Translations under genes and position numbers: made by a program
DNA from: an uncultured Gammaproteobacteria bacterium
Lineage (GTDB): Bacteria; Pseudomonadota; Gammaproteobacteria; JAURND01
NCBI GenBank assembly: GCA_963714975.1
Contig: CAVQQD010000003.1
Location: forward strand, 64,001-128,000
Length of the DNA: 64,000 nt
Direction: 5' to 3'
Part shown: positions 52,667-64,000 of the stretch, piece by piece
Position numbering within the stretch: the stretch's first letter is position 1
Layout: each line of letters begins with the position of its first letter
Notes under the pieces: model-generated
Database searches by the model: none
Seen by the model: the letters and a program-made list of their open reading frames with translations, nothing else
Told to the model about the DNA's origin: nothing

Positions 52667-53143
52667 ATGGATATTAATGCCACCCTTATTGGTCAGATGA
52701 TCACATTTGCTGTGTTCGTCATTTTTACTATGAAATATGTCTGGCCACCGCTTACTAAAGCTTTACAAGACCGAGAAAAAAAAATAGCTGATGGCTTGGC
52801 GGCAGCAGAGCGGGGCGAGCATAGTTTGCAATTAGCGCAGCATAAGGCGGTAGAAATCTTACAGCAAGCGAGAGAGTCTGCGGCTAAAATCGCGGAGGAT
52901 GCGCAAAGCCATGCGGCAGACATTATTAGCAAAGCTAAAGATAGCGCTGATGTGCAGGCCAAGCATATTATCGCGAATGCCCAGGCTGATATAAAACTCC
53001 AAATTACCCAAGCCCAGCAACAATTACAAAAAGAGACGGTGGACTTAGGCCTGGAAATTGCCAAGAAGGTGGTCGGTGACCAGATGAGACTTGATGAAGA
53101 TGCGCAGAGAAAATTCGTGGAAAAATTGGTCGAGCGATTATGA
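52667..53143 (+). CDS. atpF: ATP synthase subunit b
   Basis: [21 protein letters not shown]. Confidence 0.96.
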   Translation: MDINATLIGQMITFAVFVIFTMKYVWPPLTKALQDREKKIADGLAAAERGEHSLQLAQHKAVEILQQARESAAKIAEDAQSHAADIISKAKDSADVQAKHIIANAQADIKLQITQAQQQLQKETVDLGLEIAKKVVGDQMRLDEDAQRKFVEKLVERL

Positions 53144-53673
53144 TAGAAAATTCTGCAGTCCGACCCTATGCTAAAGCGGCTTTTGAATTTGCCCAACAGC
53201 ATCAGGTGCAAGCCCAATGGACGATTATGCTCGACACCATGGCCAAGTTTATTGCTCAAACTGAAGTGCAGCAATTTTTGAAAAATCCTCGCTATACCGC
53301 GGCAGAACGTTTACAGATGTGCCTCAGTTTGGGCGAGTCCTGCCTTGATGAGCCGGGCGCCAATTTTATACGCATTTTAGCTGCGAATAATCGTTTGGCA
53401 ATTTTACCTAGTATTGCCGAGCAATTTGCTGCTTATCAAGCAGCGGCTGAGAAAGTGTTGCCGGTGCGGGTTAAGTCTGCTGTACCCTTGAATGAAGCTA
53501 TTTTAGAAAAATTAAGCGCAAAATTAGCAGCGAAACAACAAAGTCGAATTAGCTTAAAAAATGAAGTTGATCCTAATTTGCTGGGGGGCTTAATGATTTA
53601 TTTGGGGGATCGGGTGATTGATGACTCCTTATTAGGGCAATTTGCTCGCCTGCGCGAGACGGTAATAACATAA
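53140..53673 (+). CDS. atpH: ATP synthase subunit delta
   Basis: [21 protein letters not shown]. Confidence 0.95.
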   Translation: MIENSAVRPYAKAAFEFAQQHQVQAQWTIMLDTMAKFIAQTEVQQFLKNPRYTAAERLQMCLSLGESCLDEPGANFIRILAANNRLAILPSIAEQFAAYQAAAEKVLPVRVKSAVPLNEAILEKLSAKLAAKQQSRISLKNEVDPNLLGGLMIYLGDRVIDDSLLGQFARLRETVIT

Positions 53674-53696
53674 CGATTTGCAACGAAGAGGTATCT

Positions 53697-55251
53697 ATGC
53701 AACTGAGTTCTGCTGAAATCAGTGAAATTATTAAACAACGCATTGCTAGTTTTGAACCTGGACCGGAAATTCGCACCGAGGGGAGCATTCTCAGTATCAA
53801 AGACGGCATTATCCGTATTTATGGTCTTTCCGATGTTATGCTGGGAGAAATGATCGAGTTCCCTGGCGATGAGAAAAACGAACGCATTTATGGTTTGGCT
53901 TTGAATTTGCAACGTGATTCAGTGGGTTCTGTGGTGCTGGGTCCTTATGAACACCTCGAGGAAGGGCAGATAGTTAAGTGCACTGGGCGCATTCTGGAAG
54001 TTCCAGTGGGCGAAGCGTTATTAGGTCGGGTGGTCGATGCGTTGGGTAATCCTATCGATGGTAAGGGTCCGATTAATGCCCAACAAACCTCCCCGATTGA
54101 AAAAGTAGCGCCTGGGGTGATTGCCCGCCAATCGGTTAGCCAGCCAGTACAGACCGGTCTGAAGTCGATTGATTCTATGGTGCCGATTGGTCGCGGGCAG
54201 CGTGAGTTCATTATTGGCGATCGCCAAACCGGTAAAACTGCAGTGGCAATCGATACGATTATTAATCAAAGGGGTACGGGAATAAAATGCATTTATGTGG
54301 CGATAGGGCAAAAGGCTTCGTCGATTGCATCCGTGGTGCGTCGCCTTGAAGAACATGGAGCTATGGAGCACACCGTTGTGGTTTCGGCCACCGCCTCAGA
54401 TCCCGCGGCGTTGCAATTTATTGCTCCGTACTCGGGTTGCGCCATGGGCGAATATTTTCGTGACAATGGGCAAGATGCCTTAATCATTTATGATGATCTC
54501 ACTAAGCAAGCTTGGGCTTATCGGCAAATTTCCTTGCTATTAAAGCGTCCACCCGGGCGAGAAGCCTATCCGGGTGACATTTTTTATTTACATTCACGCT
54601 TATTGGAGCGTGCTGCGCGAGTGAATAAAGAATATGTGGCAAAATTCACTGATGGCAAGGTGACAGATAAAACCGGTTCCTTAACCGCATTGCCCATTAT
54701 TGAAACCCAAGCTGGCGACGTTTCTGCTTTCGTGCCGACTAATGTTATTTCTATTACCGATGGTCAAATTTTCTTGGAAACGGATCTTATTTAATGCCGG
54801 TATTCGTCCCGCCATTAATGCTGGGCTTTCAGTATCTCGGGTCGGTGGCGCCGCGCAAACTAAGATTATTCGTAAACTTGGCGGTACGGTACGTTTGGCC
54901 TTAGCGCAATTTCGTGAACTCGAAGCCTTTTCTCAGTTTGCCTCGGATTTGGATGAAGCCACGCGTAAACAATTAGAGCGCGGGCAGCGTGTCACTGAAA
55001 TGTTGAAGCAGCCCCAATATCATCCTTTAAGTGTGGCGGAAATTGCCATTAGTTTATTTTGTGTCAACGAAGGTTATTTAGACGATGTGGAATTAAAAAA
55101 AGTGGTCGATTTTGAGCGTTCGCTACATGAATTTTTGCGCGCTAAATATGCAGATTTTATGCAAGAAGTTAACGAAAATCCGGTGTATTCTGATGAGGTA
55201 GCGCAGAAGTTTACACAAATTTTGAAGGAATTTAAGAAGACACAAGGGTAA
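53697..55251 (+). CDS. atpA: ATP synthase subunit alpha (apparent +1 frameshift near 54786, likely sequence error)
   Basis: [19 protein letters not shown]; FLETD|[11 protein letters not shown] is restored by removing one base. Confidence 0.93.
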
Positions 55252-55260
55252 CTAATCACT

Positions 55261-55316
55261 CCATCGTCCCGCGGACAATCCCGCGATCAAGTCGTGGGAG
55301 CGGGATGACGGGATGG
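55261..55316. repeat. Palindromic REP-like element between atpA and atpG
   Basis: ccatcgtcccgc..tcccgcga tcaag tcgtggga gcgggatgacgggatgg. Confidence 0.6.
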
Positions 55317-55324
55317 AGAAAGAG

Positions 55325-56185
55325 ATGGCTGGTAGAGAAATTCGCACAAAGATTGCGTCCATCAAAAGCACCAAAAAAATTACCAAAGCGATGGAATTGG
55401 TGGCGGCAAGTAAGATGCGTAAAGCACAATTGCGGATGAGCGCTTCTCGCCCCTATGCCCAAAAAATGCGTCAGGTCATCGGACATGTTGCGGCTAGTCA
55501 TTCTGAATATCGCCATCCTTATTTAAATAAGCGGGCCCAAGTCAAACGAGTTGGATTTATTGTGATATCCAGTGATCGAGGCTTGTGTGGCAGTTTAAAT
55601 GTTAATTTATTTAAAGAGTTATTGCAGACGGTACGTGATTGGCATGAAAAAGATGTTCCAATCGATTTATGCCTGATTGGAACTAAGGCGGAGAGTTTTT
55701 TTGGCCGCTTCCACATGAATATTACGGCAACAGCTCAGCATTTGGGGGATGCTCCCAAAATTACTGACTTGATTGGTGTCGTGAAACTCATGCTCGATGC
55801 CTATGACCAAGGGCAAATTGATGCACTGTACCTAGGGTTTAATCGTTTTGTGAACTCGATGATGCAGGAGCCGGTTATTGAGCAATTATTGCCGTTGGAA
55901 GTGGGAGCTGGGGATGAAAGGATGGGTTACTGGGATTATATTTACGAGCCGGAAGCACGCGATGTATTGGAGCTATTGTTAGTACGTTATATCGAAACCC
56001 AGGTTTATCAAGCGGTAGTAGAAAATGTGGCCTGCGAACAAGCAGCGCGAATGGTGGCGATGAAAAATGCGACAGACAATGCAGCTCAATTAATTGACGA
56101 GTTGCAACTGGTGTATAACAAAGCCCGTCAAGCTTCCATTACGCGTGAAATTGCAGAAATTACTGCGGGGGCAGAGGCGGTGTGA
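55325..56185 (+). CDS. atpG: ATP synthase subunit gamma
   Basis: [33 protein letters not shown]. Confidence 0.96.
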   Translation: MAGREIRTKIASIKSTKKITKAMELVAASKMRKAQLRMSASRPYAQKMRQVIGHVAASHSEYRHPYLNKRAQVKRVGFIVISSDRGLCGSLNVNLFKELLQTVRDWHEKDVPIDLCLIGTKAESFFGRFHMNITATAQHLGDAPKITDLIGVVKLMLDAYDQGQIDALYLGFNRFVNSMMQEPVIEQLLPLEVGAGDERMGYWDYIYEPEARDVLELLLVRYIETQVYQAVVENVACEQAARMVAMKNATDNAAQLIDELQLVYNKARQASITREIAEITAGAEAV

Positions 56186-56221
56186 CACGCATCGGTTCTT
56201 TCTCCCTTATTGGAATAAAAT

Positions 56222-57760
<1,539 letters not shown>

Positions 57761-57768
57761 GCTTCGGC

Positions 57769-57908
57769 TAATCCTTCTCCCCTGGTGGGAGAAGGTGGCC
57801 GAAAGCCGGATGAGGGGTAATGTCGAGGGTTTATGAGAGGGGTGCTTGATCAAGCTCGCCCCTCATCCGGCCTTCGGCCATCTTCTCCCACCAGGGGAGA
57901 AGGATTAA
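57769..57908. repeat. Inverted REP doublet between atpD and atpC
   Basis: taatccttctcccctggtgggagaagg...ggatgagggg and its inverted copy. Confidence 0.85.
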
Positions 57909-57945
57909 TGTCTGAGGTTTATAAGAGAGAGGGGGTACACACCCT

Positions 57946-58374
57946 ATGGCAGCAATGACATTTCATCTTGATATCGTAAGTGCCGAAGCGCAAATTTTTT
58001 CCGGACTAGTGGAAATGATCGTAGCGACAGGTACTTTAGGCGAGTTGGGAATTTATCCTGGGCATACTCCTTTGATTACCGGCTTAAAGCCTGGATTTAT
58101 TCGGGTAATCAAGCAAGGGGGCGAGGAAGAAATATTCTACATTTCAGGGGGAATGCTAGAAGTGCAGCCCACCGTAGTGATGGTATTGGCTGATACAGTG
58201 GAACGGGCAGATCATCTAGACGAAGCGGCTGCTTTAGAGGCCAAGGCCCATGCCGAAAAAATGTTATCGGATAAAACCGCAACTTTAGAATATGCACAAG
58301 CGCTGGCAGAGCTGGCCGAAGCTGCTGCTCGACTAAAAGCGATTAGTCAATTAAGAAAAAAAATCAAACGTTAA
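57946..58374 (+). CDS. atpC: ATP synthase subunit epsilon
   Basis: [26 protein letters not shown]. Confidence 0.96.
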   Translation: MAAMTFHLDIVSAEAQIFSGLVEMIVATGTLGELGIYPGHTPLITGLKPGFIRVIKQGGEEEIFYISGGMLEVQPTVVMVLADTVERADHLDEAAALEAKAHAEKMLSDKTATLEYAQALAELAEAAARLKAISQLRKKIKR

Positions 58375-58394
58375 GGTGGACGCAGGCATTGAAA

Positions 58395-58481
58395 CCCTTC
58401 TTCCCTGGTGGGAGAAGGTGCCGCAGGCGTAGAAATCCCTTCTCCCCTGGTGGGAGAAGGTGCCGCAGGCGGATGAGGGGG
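58395..58481. repeat. Tandem REP units; the last supplies the GAGG RBS of glmU
   Basis: ccctggtgggagaaggtgccgcaggc occurs twice, followed by ggatgagggg. Confidence 0.8.
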
Positions 58482-58489
58482 ATATTAAT

Positions 58490-59863
58490 ATGTCATTAAG
58501 TATCGTAATTCTCGCAGCAGGTAAAGGCAAACGGATGCGTAGCGGCTTACCCAAGGTGTTACATCCCTTAGCCGGGGTGACCTTGCTGGAGCGCGTGGTG
58601 CACACTGCCGAAAGCTTAGGGCCAGAAACAATTTATGTGGTCTATGGCAATGGCGGGCAACGCATCAAATCGGAAATGACGCATCTTCCCGTACATTGGG
58701 TAGAGCAAAAAGAGCAATTAGGTACCGGACATGCGGTGCAACAAGTATTACCCCAGTTACGGGCAGAGGATCAAGTATTAGTTTTGTATGGCGATGTGCC
58801 CCTCATTTCCAAAGAAACATTACACCAGCTGCTCGCGAATACCCCCAAAAATGCCCTCGGTTTAGTGGTTGCAAAATTCAAAGATCCCACGGGGTTTGGT
58901 CGTATTATCCGCAATCGCATGGGTAACATCATTGCTATCGTCGAAGAAAAAGATGCGGATCCTTTGCAAAAAAATGTGCAAGAAATTAATACCGGTATTT
59001 TGACAACTTCGGCGGCGCATTTACAAGAGTGGTTGCCGTGCTTATCTCAAGATAATTCCCAGCAGGAATTTTATTTGACCGACATCATTTCTATGGCCGT
59101 TGCCAATGGCTATTCGGTGGGAGGGATTTGGGCGCATCAATCTGAAGAAGTGCGTGGGGTCAATAACTTATATGAATTAGCAAATTTAGAACGATTTTAT
59201 CAATATCAAAAAGCAACGGAATTTATGTTAAATGGTGTGACCATTTTGGACCCGTATCGCTTTGATTTGCGTGGCGATGCGGATTTGGCCGTGGATGTCA
59301 CTATCGATATTAATGTGATCTTAGAAGGCCAGGTTTCTATTGGTGCTAACACTAGCATTGGCGCCAACACCATTTTGCGCAATGTAAAAATTGGTGAGAA
59401 CGTAAGAGTGGAATCCAATTGCGTCATCGAAGACAGCATTTTGGATGATTATTGCATGGTCGGGCCCTTTGCCCGCATTCGTCCTGGTACGCATATTGCC
59501 CGTGGCGCTAAAGTAGGAAATTTTGTTGAAATCAAAAATACTTTATTGGGCGAAAACAGCAAAGCTCCGCATTTAAGTTACTTAGGTGATGCAACGATTG
59601 GTAAAAATGTGAATTTAGGCGCCGGTACCATCACTGTAAACTATGATGGCGCTAATAAACACCGAACTATTATTGAAGACGGGGCTTTTGTCGGTTGTGA
59701 TTCCCAGTTAATTGCCCCGGTGACTATTGGTGAGGGCGCTTATATTGCTGCGGGCTCCACTATCACCAGTAGTGCCCCCCCGCATCAATTGACGGTTGCA
59801 CGCGCTAGGCAAAGGACAGTTGAAGGCTGGCAACGTAAACGTCGAAAATTACCTGCGACGTAA
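58490..59863 (+). CDS. glmU: Bifunctional GlcNAc-1-P uridyltransferase/acetyltransferase
   Basis: ILAAGKGKRM, LGTGHA, hexapeptide repeats, HLSYLGD. Confidence 0.97.
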   Translation: MSLSIVILAAGKGKRMRSGLPKVLHPLAGVTLLERVVHTAESLGPETIYVVYGNGGQRIKSEMTHLPVHWVEQKEQLGTGHAVQQVLPQLRAEDQVLVLYGDVPLISKETLHQLLANTPKNALGLVVAKFKDPTGFGRIIRNRMGNIIAIVEEKDADPLQKNVQEINTGILTTSAAHLQEWLPCLSQDNSQQEFYLTDIISMAVANGYSVGGIWAHQSEEVRGVNNLYELANLERFYQYQKATEFMLNGVTILDPYRFDLRGDADLAVDVTIDINVILEGQVSIGANTSIGANTILRNVKIGENVRVESNCVIEDSILDDYCMVGPFARIRPGTHIARGAKVGNFVEIKNTLLGENSKAPHLSYLGDATIGKNVNLGAGTITVNYDGANKHRTIIEDGAFVGCDSQLIAPVTIGEGAYIAAGSTITSSAPPHQLTVARARQRTVEGWQRKRRKLPAT

Positions 59864-59905
59864 GCCAATGCGGGGAGAAGGATCATACGAACCTGTTAGG
59901 GCAAG

Positions 59906-61129
59906 ATGATGATATTAAACAAAACTGAGATAGCAGATTCTTTAGCCTTACTCAAACGGGGTACGGTAGAAATCTTGTTGGAACAAGAGTTAGTAGAGCG
60001 TCTTAGTAGTGGCACGCCATTGCGAGTAAAGCTTGGCCTGGATCCCACAGCACCAGATTTGCATTTGGGCCACACCGTGGTGATTAATAAATTAAAACAA
60101 TTTCAAGATTTAGGTCATGAAGTTCTGTTTTTAATTGGTGATTTTACCGGGCGGATTGGCGATCCATCAGGTAAAGATGAAACTCGCAAGCCGCTCACTG
60201 AGGAACAAGTGCTGGCTAATGCCAAAACTTATGAACAGCAAATTTTTAAAATTCTCGATACAGAAAAAACTCAAATTTTATTTAATTCAATGTGGATGAA
60301 AGAAAAATCAGCCGCAGATTTGATTCAATTAGCAGCAACGCATACCGTAGCCCGCATGTTAGAGCGAGATGATTTTAGTAAGCGTTTTGCCGCGCACCAA
60401 CCCATTGCTATTCACGAATTTATTTATCCATTATTGCAAGGTTATGATTCTGTCGCGATGCAGGCGGATGTGGAATTAGGTGGTAACGATCAAAAATTTA
60501 ATTTACTGATGGGTCGCGAGTTGCAAAAACATTTTGGTCAAAAACCCCAAATAATTTTAACGACGCCATTATTAGAAGGATTAGATGGCGTACAGAAAAT
60601 GTCGAAGTCGTTGGGAAATTATATTGGCATTGCAGAACCTGCAGATGACATGTTTGGAAAATTAATGTCGATTTCTGATGAGTTAATGTGGCGGTATTTA
60701 GAGTTACTCAGTTTCCGTTCTATCGCCGAAATTAATCATTGGCGTGCAGAAGTACAATCAGGCGCCAACCCGCGCGATATTAAAGTTGCATTGGCCATGG
60801 AAATTGTCACGCGCTTTCATGATTCGACCACAGCTGAGCAAGCCTACCAAAATTTTGTCGCCCGTTTTCAACGCCACGAAATTCCAGCAGATCTTCCTGA
60901 GCAAGTTATTACCTGTAAAGAAGAATGTTTTATCTCGCAGTTGTTAAAGCAAGCAGGTTTGGTCAGCAGTACTTCCGAAGCTATTCGCTTGATCCAACAA
61001 GGAGGTGTTAAAATGGATGGGGAGCGCATTGAAGATCCTCAGTGTCGCATTTCTTTTAATGAAGCGCATGTGTATCAAGTAGGGAAAAGACGCTTTGCGC
61101 GGATTAAAGCACTGGAGAAAAAAATATGA
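59906..61129 (+). CDS. tyrS: Tyrosyl-tRNA synthetase
   Basis: [17 protein letters not shown]-terminal S4 domain. Confidence 0.97.
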   Translation: MMILNKTEIADSLALLKRGTVEILLEQELVERLSSGTPLRVKLGLDPTAPDLHLGHTVVINKLKQFQDLGHEVLFLIGDFTGRIGDPSGKDETRKPLTEEQVLANAKTYEQQIFKILDTEKTQILFNSMWMKEKSAADLIQLAATHTVARMLERDDFSKRFAAHQPIAIHEFIYPLLQGYDSVAMQADVELGGNDQKFNLLMGRELQKHFGQKPQIILTTPLLEGLDGVQKMSKSLGNYIGIAEPADDMFGKLMSISDELMWRYLELLSFRSIAEINHWRAEVQSGANPRDIKVALAMEIVTRFHDSTTAEQAYQNFVARFQRHEIPADLPEQVITCKEECFISQLLKQAGLVSSTSEAIRLIQQGGVKMDGERIEDPQCRISFNEAHVYQVGKRRFARIKALEKKI

Positions 61130-61327
61130 AAAACTTGGGTATTAGGCGTTGCTATTGGTTTAGGGATTGGGCTGTACAAAGCGAAGCAAGCAACCGCGCC
61201 AGAACCTTTGCTTAGGTCTGCTCTGACCTAGCGAGCGGCGGAACTGTGGTAAATCGCGTTCTAAGAAAGTACGGATAAAATCCTGGCGCCAGGGCACACT
61301 CTAATTAAATTAGCGAGGAGAGAAAAG

Positions 61328-61807
61328 ATGTCAGAATGTATAAGTGAGGTATTTAAAACAACCCCTGGGAGTGGAATTGGTGCAATAACGTCTGGGGCTA
61401 CTATGATGTGTTTTGTTGGTTTGGCCATGAAATATGATGAAGCGTTTTTTTTCTTGGGGGCTTTTTTGGCCGGTTTTATCTTTTATGCTCTTGCTAAAAT
61501 GGCTGCAGATAAGCTACTGAATAAGTGTATCCCTGAAAACACTTCTCAAAAGGACAAAGAAAATCAAGAAAATTTTTTTTCTGGGTCTAGCTTCATAGTG
61601 GTAATATCTGGAGCAGCTTTGGGAGCGATTGGCCTAGTAGGGCTGAGAGGAAGCGAAGCAGGTTATATTTTTTCTGAGGGTGATCTTTGCTTGCTTTATG
61701 CTGGAGTTTTGGCTTTAAGCGCTGTCATTGGTTTAGCGGTAGGGCTTTATAAAGCAGCAGGTCAGGTGCGAGAAGCAGCGTCACCAGAAAGCCCTCTACT
61801 AAAGTGA
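61328..61807 (+). CDS. Hypothetical four-TM membrane protein
   Basis: Strong RBS GAGGAG; four hydrophobic segments. Confidence 0.7.
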   Translation: MSECISEVFKTTPGSGIGAITSGATMMCFVGLAMKYDEAFFFLGAFLAGFIFYALAKMAADKLLNKCIPENTSQKDKENQENFFSGSSFIVVISGAALGAIGLVGLRGSEAGYIFSEGDLCLLYAGVLALSAVIGLAVGLYKAAGQVREAASPESPLLK

Positions 61808-61809
61808 TG

Positions 61810-61928
61810 CACCACGATTTTGCCTCTCCCCTTTTGCTGATTTCAAGTTTACCCCTCATCCGCCCTTTCGGGCACCTTCTCCCACAAGGGGAGAAGGATT
61901 TTTACGCACAAAGATGGTGAATGATTAC
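61810..61928 (+). mobile_element. MITE family 1, internally deleted copy
   Basis: caccacgattttgcctctcccc joined to the right half ending tggtgaatgattac. Confidence 0.8.
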
Positions 61929-61930
61929 AA

Positions 61931-63292
61931 TTACATCGTTATGTCGCTACTAGGAGGGGAAGTAGGGATTTTTTCAAGACTAGAACCACCAAAAGGCGAA
62001 CTAGTAGAATAATATATCCTTGGGTTTGCGTTCAAAGGGCTTGTAGGTTCTACATAACCAGGGGGTAGCTTTGGGGTCACTGGGGTGGGTGTAGATGTTG
62101 AGCGAATATCTTCTTCTGAATTAGTTGTTGTGAGTGATGCAATTAACGGTTTTGTTTCCTCTTTGTGCATTTGCTTATGCAATGGAGGGGCAAGCTTCTC
62201 CTGCCGATTATAAATAATCGCATTACCCGTACGTGAACCTGCCGCAGCGCCGCCAATAAATCCGGTAAAGATAAAAATAATTGCTCCGCCAATTTCCAGA
62301 TGCGCTATGCTGAGCAAAGCGGGTTTTAACAGGAAAACGGCCAGGGTCCCCCCGCCAATGGATAGACCAATGATGGCTCCGAGTACAGTTCCCCAATATT
62401 CCTCATGACGATCAACCAGCGGATCATCTGTACACCCAATCCCAATCACTCGGTCGTATAACTGTTGATTTTGTTCGGGCAATGTGTCGCGCATTTTGCG
62501 CATTTTCCAATAGTGGCAAACACAAAACTCACTCACTTTGACCACATAATCACTAACCGAGCCAGCAAAGCTGATAAAGGTGGGAAAAAATACCGCCGCT
62601 ATTGGCATGAAGCTAAGATTGCTGATATAGACACCAATAAAGCCAGGCACGCCCAATGTGGGCAAGATATTGCCATAAAATAGCGCAAGCGCAATCCCGG
62701 TTCCTAACAAGACACCAATACGCATCCCCCATTTTTCATAGAGTGGCCTGCCTTTTGCCACCATACGATTGGTGAGGCCAGATCCCCAGGCAATTCCAGT
62801 AAGGACGCAGAGAAAATAGGCCACGTAATTAAAATGATCTTGTTTGAGTTCTTTGTCGAACGGATCGACCAGCATGGCAATGGAAACTACAACCCCCAAT
62901 AATGCGCCACATAAGGTCCAAATTGCATTAAGCCAGGCTAATTTTTGTTCGTCCTTCAGAGCTAATTCTTCTTTTAGGCTTAAGGTAATTTTTTTACTTG
63001 TCGATAGTTCAAGAGTTTCTTGCGCCTTCAATGCTTGTTCGACTGATTGAATAACTCGACTAATATAGGTAAATCCAGACAACAGCAATGTGATATAAAA
63101 AGGGGCAAGAAAAGCAGCGCCAATAATATCGAGCCATGTTTTAGCGCCTAAAGCGTAGGCAATCGCGGCATAGCTGACATCGGCAATGCACAGCAGCAGG
63201 CTAAAACCCCAGGCAAACAAAACTGCATGATAGTAATGGCGATGGGAGCGGTCGAAGGAGGTGTTCATTTTTTTTATAGTTGGCATGGGCAA
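61931..63292 (-). CDS. Hypothetical multi-TM protein with Ser/Pro/Thr-rich tail; effector-like
   Basis: About eight hydrophobic helices in pairs; low-complexity C-terminus. Confidence 0.7.
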   Translation of the reverse strand: MPMPTIKKMNTSFDRSHRHYYHAVLFAWGFSLLLCIADVSYAAIAYALGAKTWLDIIGAAFLAPFYITLLLSGFTYISRVIQSVEQALKAQETLELSTSKKITLSLKEELALKDEQKLAWLNAIWTLCGALLGVVVSIAMLVDPFDKELKQDHFNYVAYFLCVLTGIAWGSGLTNRMVAKGRPLYEKWGMRIGVLLGTGIALALFYGNILPTLGVPGFIGVYISNLSFMPIAAVFFPTFISFAGSVSDYVVKVSEFCVCHYWKMRKMRDTLPEQNQQLYDRVIGIGCTDDPLVDRHEEYWGTVLGAIIGLSIGGGTLAVFLLKPALLSIAHLEIGGAIIFIFTGFIGGAAAGSRTGNAIIYNRQEKLAPPLHKQMHKEETKPLIASLTTTNSEEDIRSTSTPTPVTPKLPPGYVEPTSPLNANPRIYYSTSSPFGGSSLEKIPTSPPSSDITM

Positions 63293-63336
63293 ATATAACT
63301 GAAGGTGGTTCGCTTAGGATGTAATCGCTACGCAGA

Positions 63337-63714
63337 TCAAGCCATAAACGTTGAGTCTTCACGAGTTTGATCAGGATCATACCTAGTTTCTTCATGGTTT
63401 TCATCTTGCTGGCGCAGTTCCATAATTCGAAAGGCACTAGGGAGAAAATTCCAAAGAGCAGTTAGGATAAAAAAAATACCTAGAACTATTCCCGGGGTGG
63501 GGCGCATTGGTCCCCAATCCAATTTTTGTTGAGCAAAATAATTAATTTCGGAAAAAACTGGTTGATTGAGTATTAGTTTCGCTTTCCCTTGCGAGGCGGC
63601 AATCAAATCGGCACTTAGCAGAAAAAGTAAGGTAGCAAGAAAGACGGTTACTTCATGTTTACCATAACGAGAAAGATGCGCGCAGATTTTTTGGCATTGC
63701 ATTTGAGGCCTCAC
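63337..63714 (-). CDS. Hypothetical two-TM protein with acidic C-terminus
   Basis: 125-aa ORF co-oriented with the downstream gene. Confidence 0.55.
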   Translation of the reverse strand: MRPQMQCQKICAHLSRYGKHEVTVFLATLLFLLSADLIAASQGKAKLILNQPVFSEINYFAQQKLDWGPMRPTPGIVLGIFFILTALWNFLPSAFRIMELRQQDENHEETRYDPDQTREDSTFMA

Positions 63715-63845
63715 TTATGATTGTTTTTAGTTGTAAGTCCTTTTTACGCAAGTAATTTTTTTAAGGGGTGATTATTTCATCTTAATGCAATTGTGACAAT
63801 ACTGTACTAAGATGTGACAGTTGTCGCTATTAACGGAAGTTTTTT

Positions 63846-64000
63846 ATGCCGCATATTGAAAAACACCGGACCTCTTCTGCTACTTTGCGTGATTTTGTGC
63901 TTGGCATGTCCGATGGCTTAACGGTTCCCTTTGCCTTAGCTGCTGGCTTGAGTGGTGCATTAAACTCTGCGTCGATTATCGTGTTGGCGGGATTAGCAGA
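63846..64000 (+). CDS. VIT1/CCC1-family Fe/Mn transporter, 3'-partial
   Basis: Manual translation MPHIEKH...LRDFVLGMSDGLTVPFALAAGLSG. Confidence 0.9.
   Translation, partial: MPHIEKHRTSSATLRDFVLGMSDGLTVPFALAAGLSGALNSASIIVLAGLA

Noticed and set aside
52693-53274. Longer antisense or alternate-frame ORFs (e.g. 52693-53274, 27784-28335, 31843-32229, 16281-16661)
   Set aside because: They lie on top of well-supported genes and have no recognisable motifs; recurrence inside duplicated DNA is not independent evidence.
53697-55251. atpA as a real pseudogene or split gene
   Set aside because: Single-base defect in an otherwise conserved gene in an intact operon; a sequence error is more parsimonious.

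Overview
Chromosomal window from a Coxiella/Legionella-like gammaproteobacterium. This is inferred from the Coxiella-type long AtpE, PmrA-like boxes, effector-like giant ORFs and Rpn/AAA-nuclease genes. The housekeeping core comprises rlmB, DedA/PAP2, lipA, lipB, a D-amino-acid aminotransferase, dacA, rlpA, accA, hldE, NAD-GDH, pyrD, prmB, an Smr protein, atpIBEFHAGDC, glmU, tyrS and a partial VIT1. Accessory highlights: (1) 1-18 kb holds two diverged copies of a unit made of an orphan receiver protein and a ~2230-aa LRR / Cys-His-Asp transglutaminase-like / tandem-AAA+ / TM protein under a PmrA-like box. The copies differ most at predicted LRR beta-strand surface positions. Only copy B carries an AAA-PD-(D/E)XK nuclease cassette, which lies between 39-bp direct repeats. 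(2) An MNIO (DUF692) RiPP cluster whose Cys-rich precursor is a predicted lipoprotein preceded by a four-way-junction leader. (3) A head-to-tail array of four Rpn-like nuclease genes with variable C-terminal repeats. (4) A 2158-aa helical-repeat effector-like gene. (5) Several palindromic REP/MITE families, some translated in frame inside proteins. A frameshift in atpA suggests the sequence contains single-base consensus errors, so the other frameshifts need read-level checking. No rRNA, tRNA or CRISPR array was seen. All domain calls are by eye from motifs; no database search was run.
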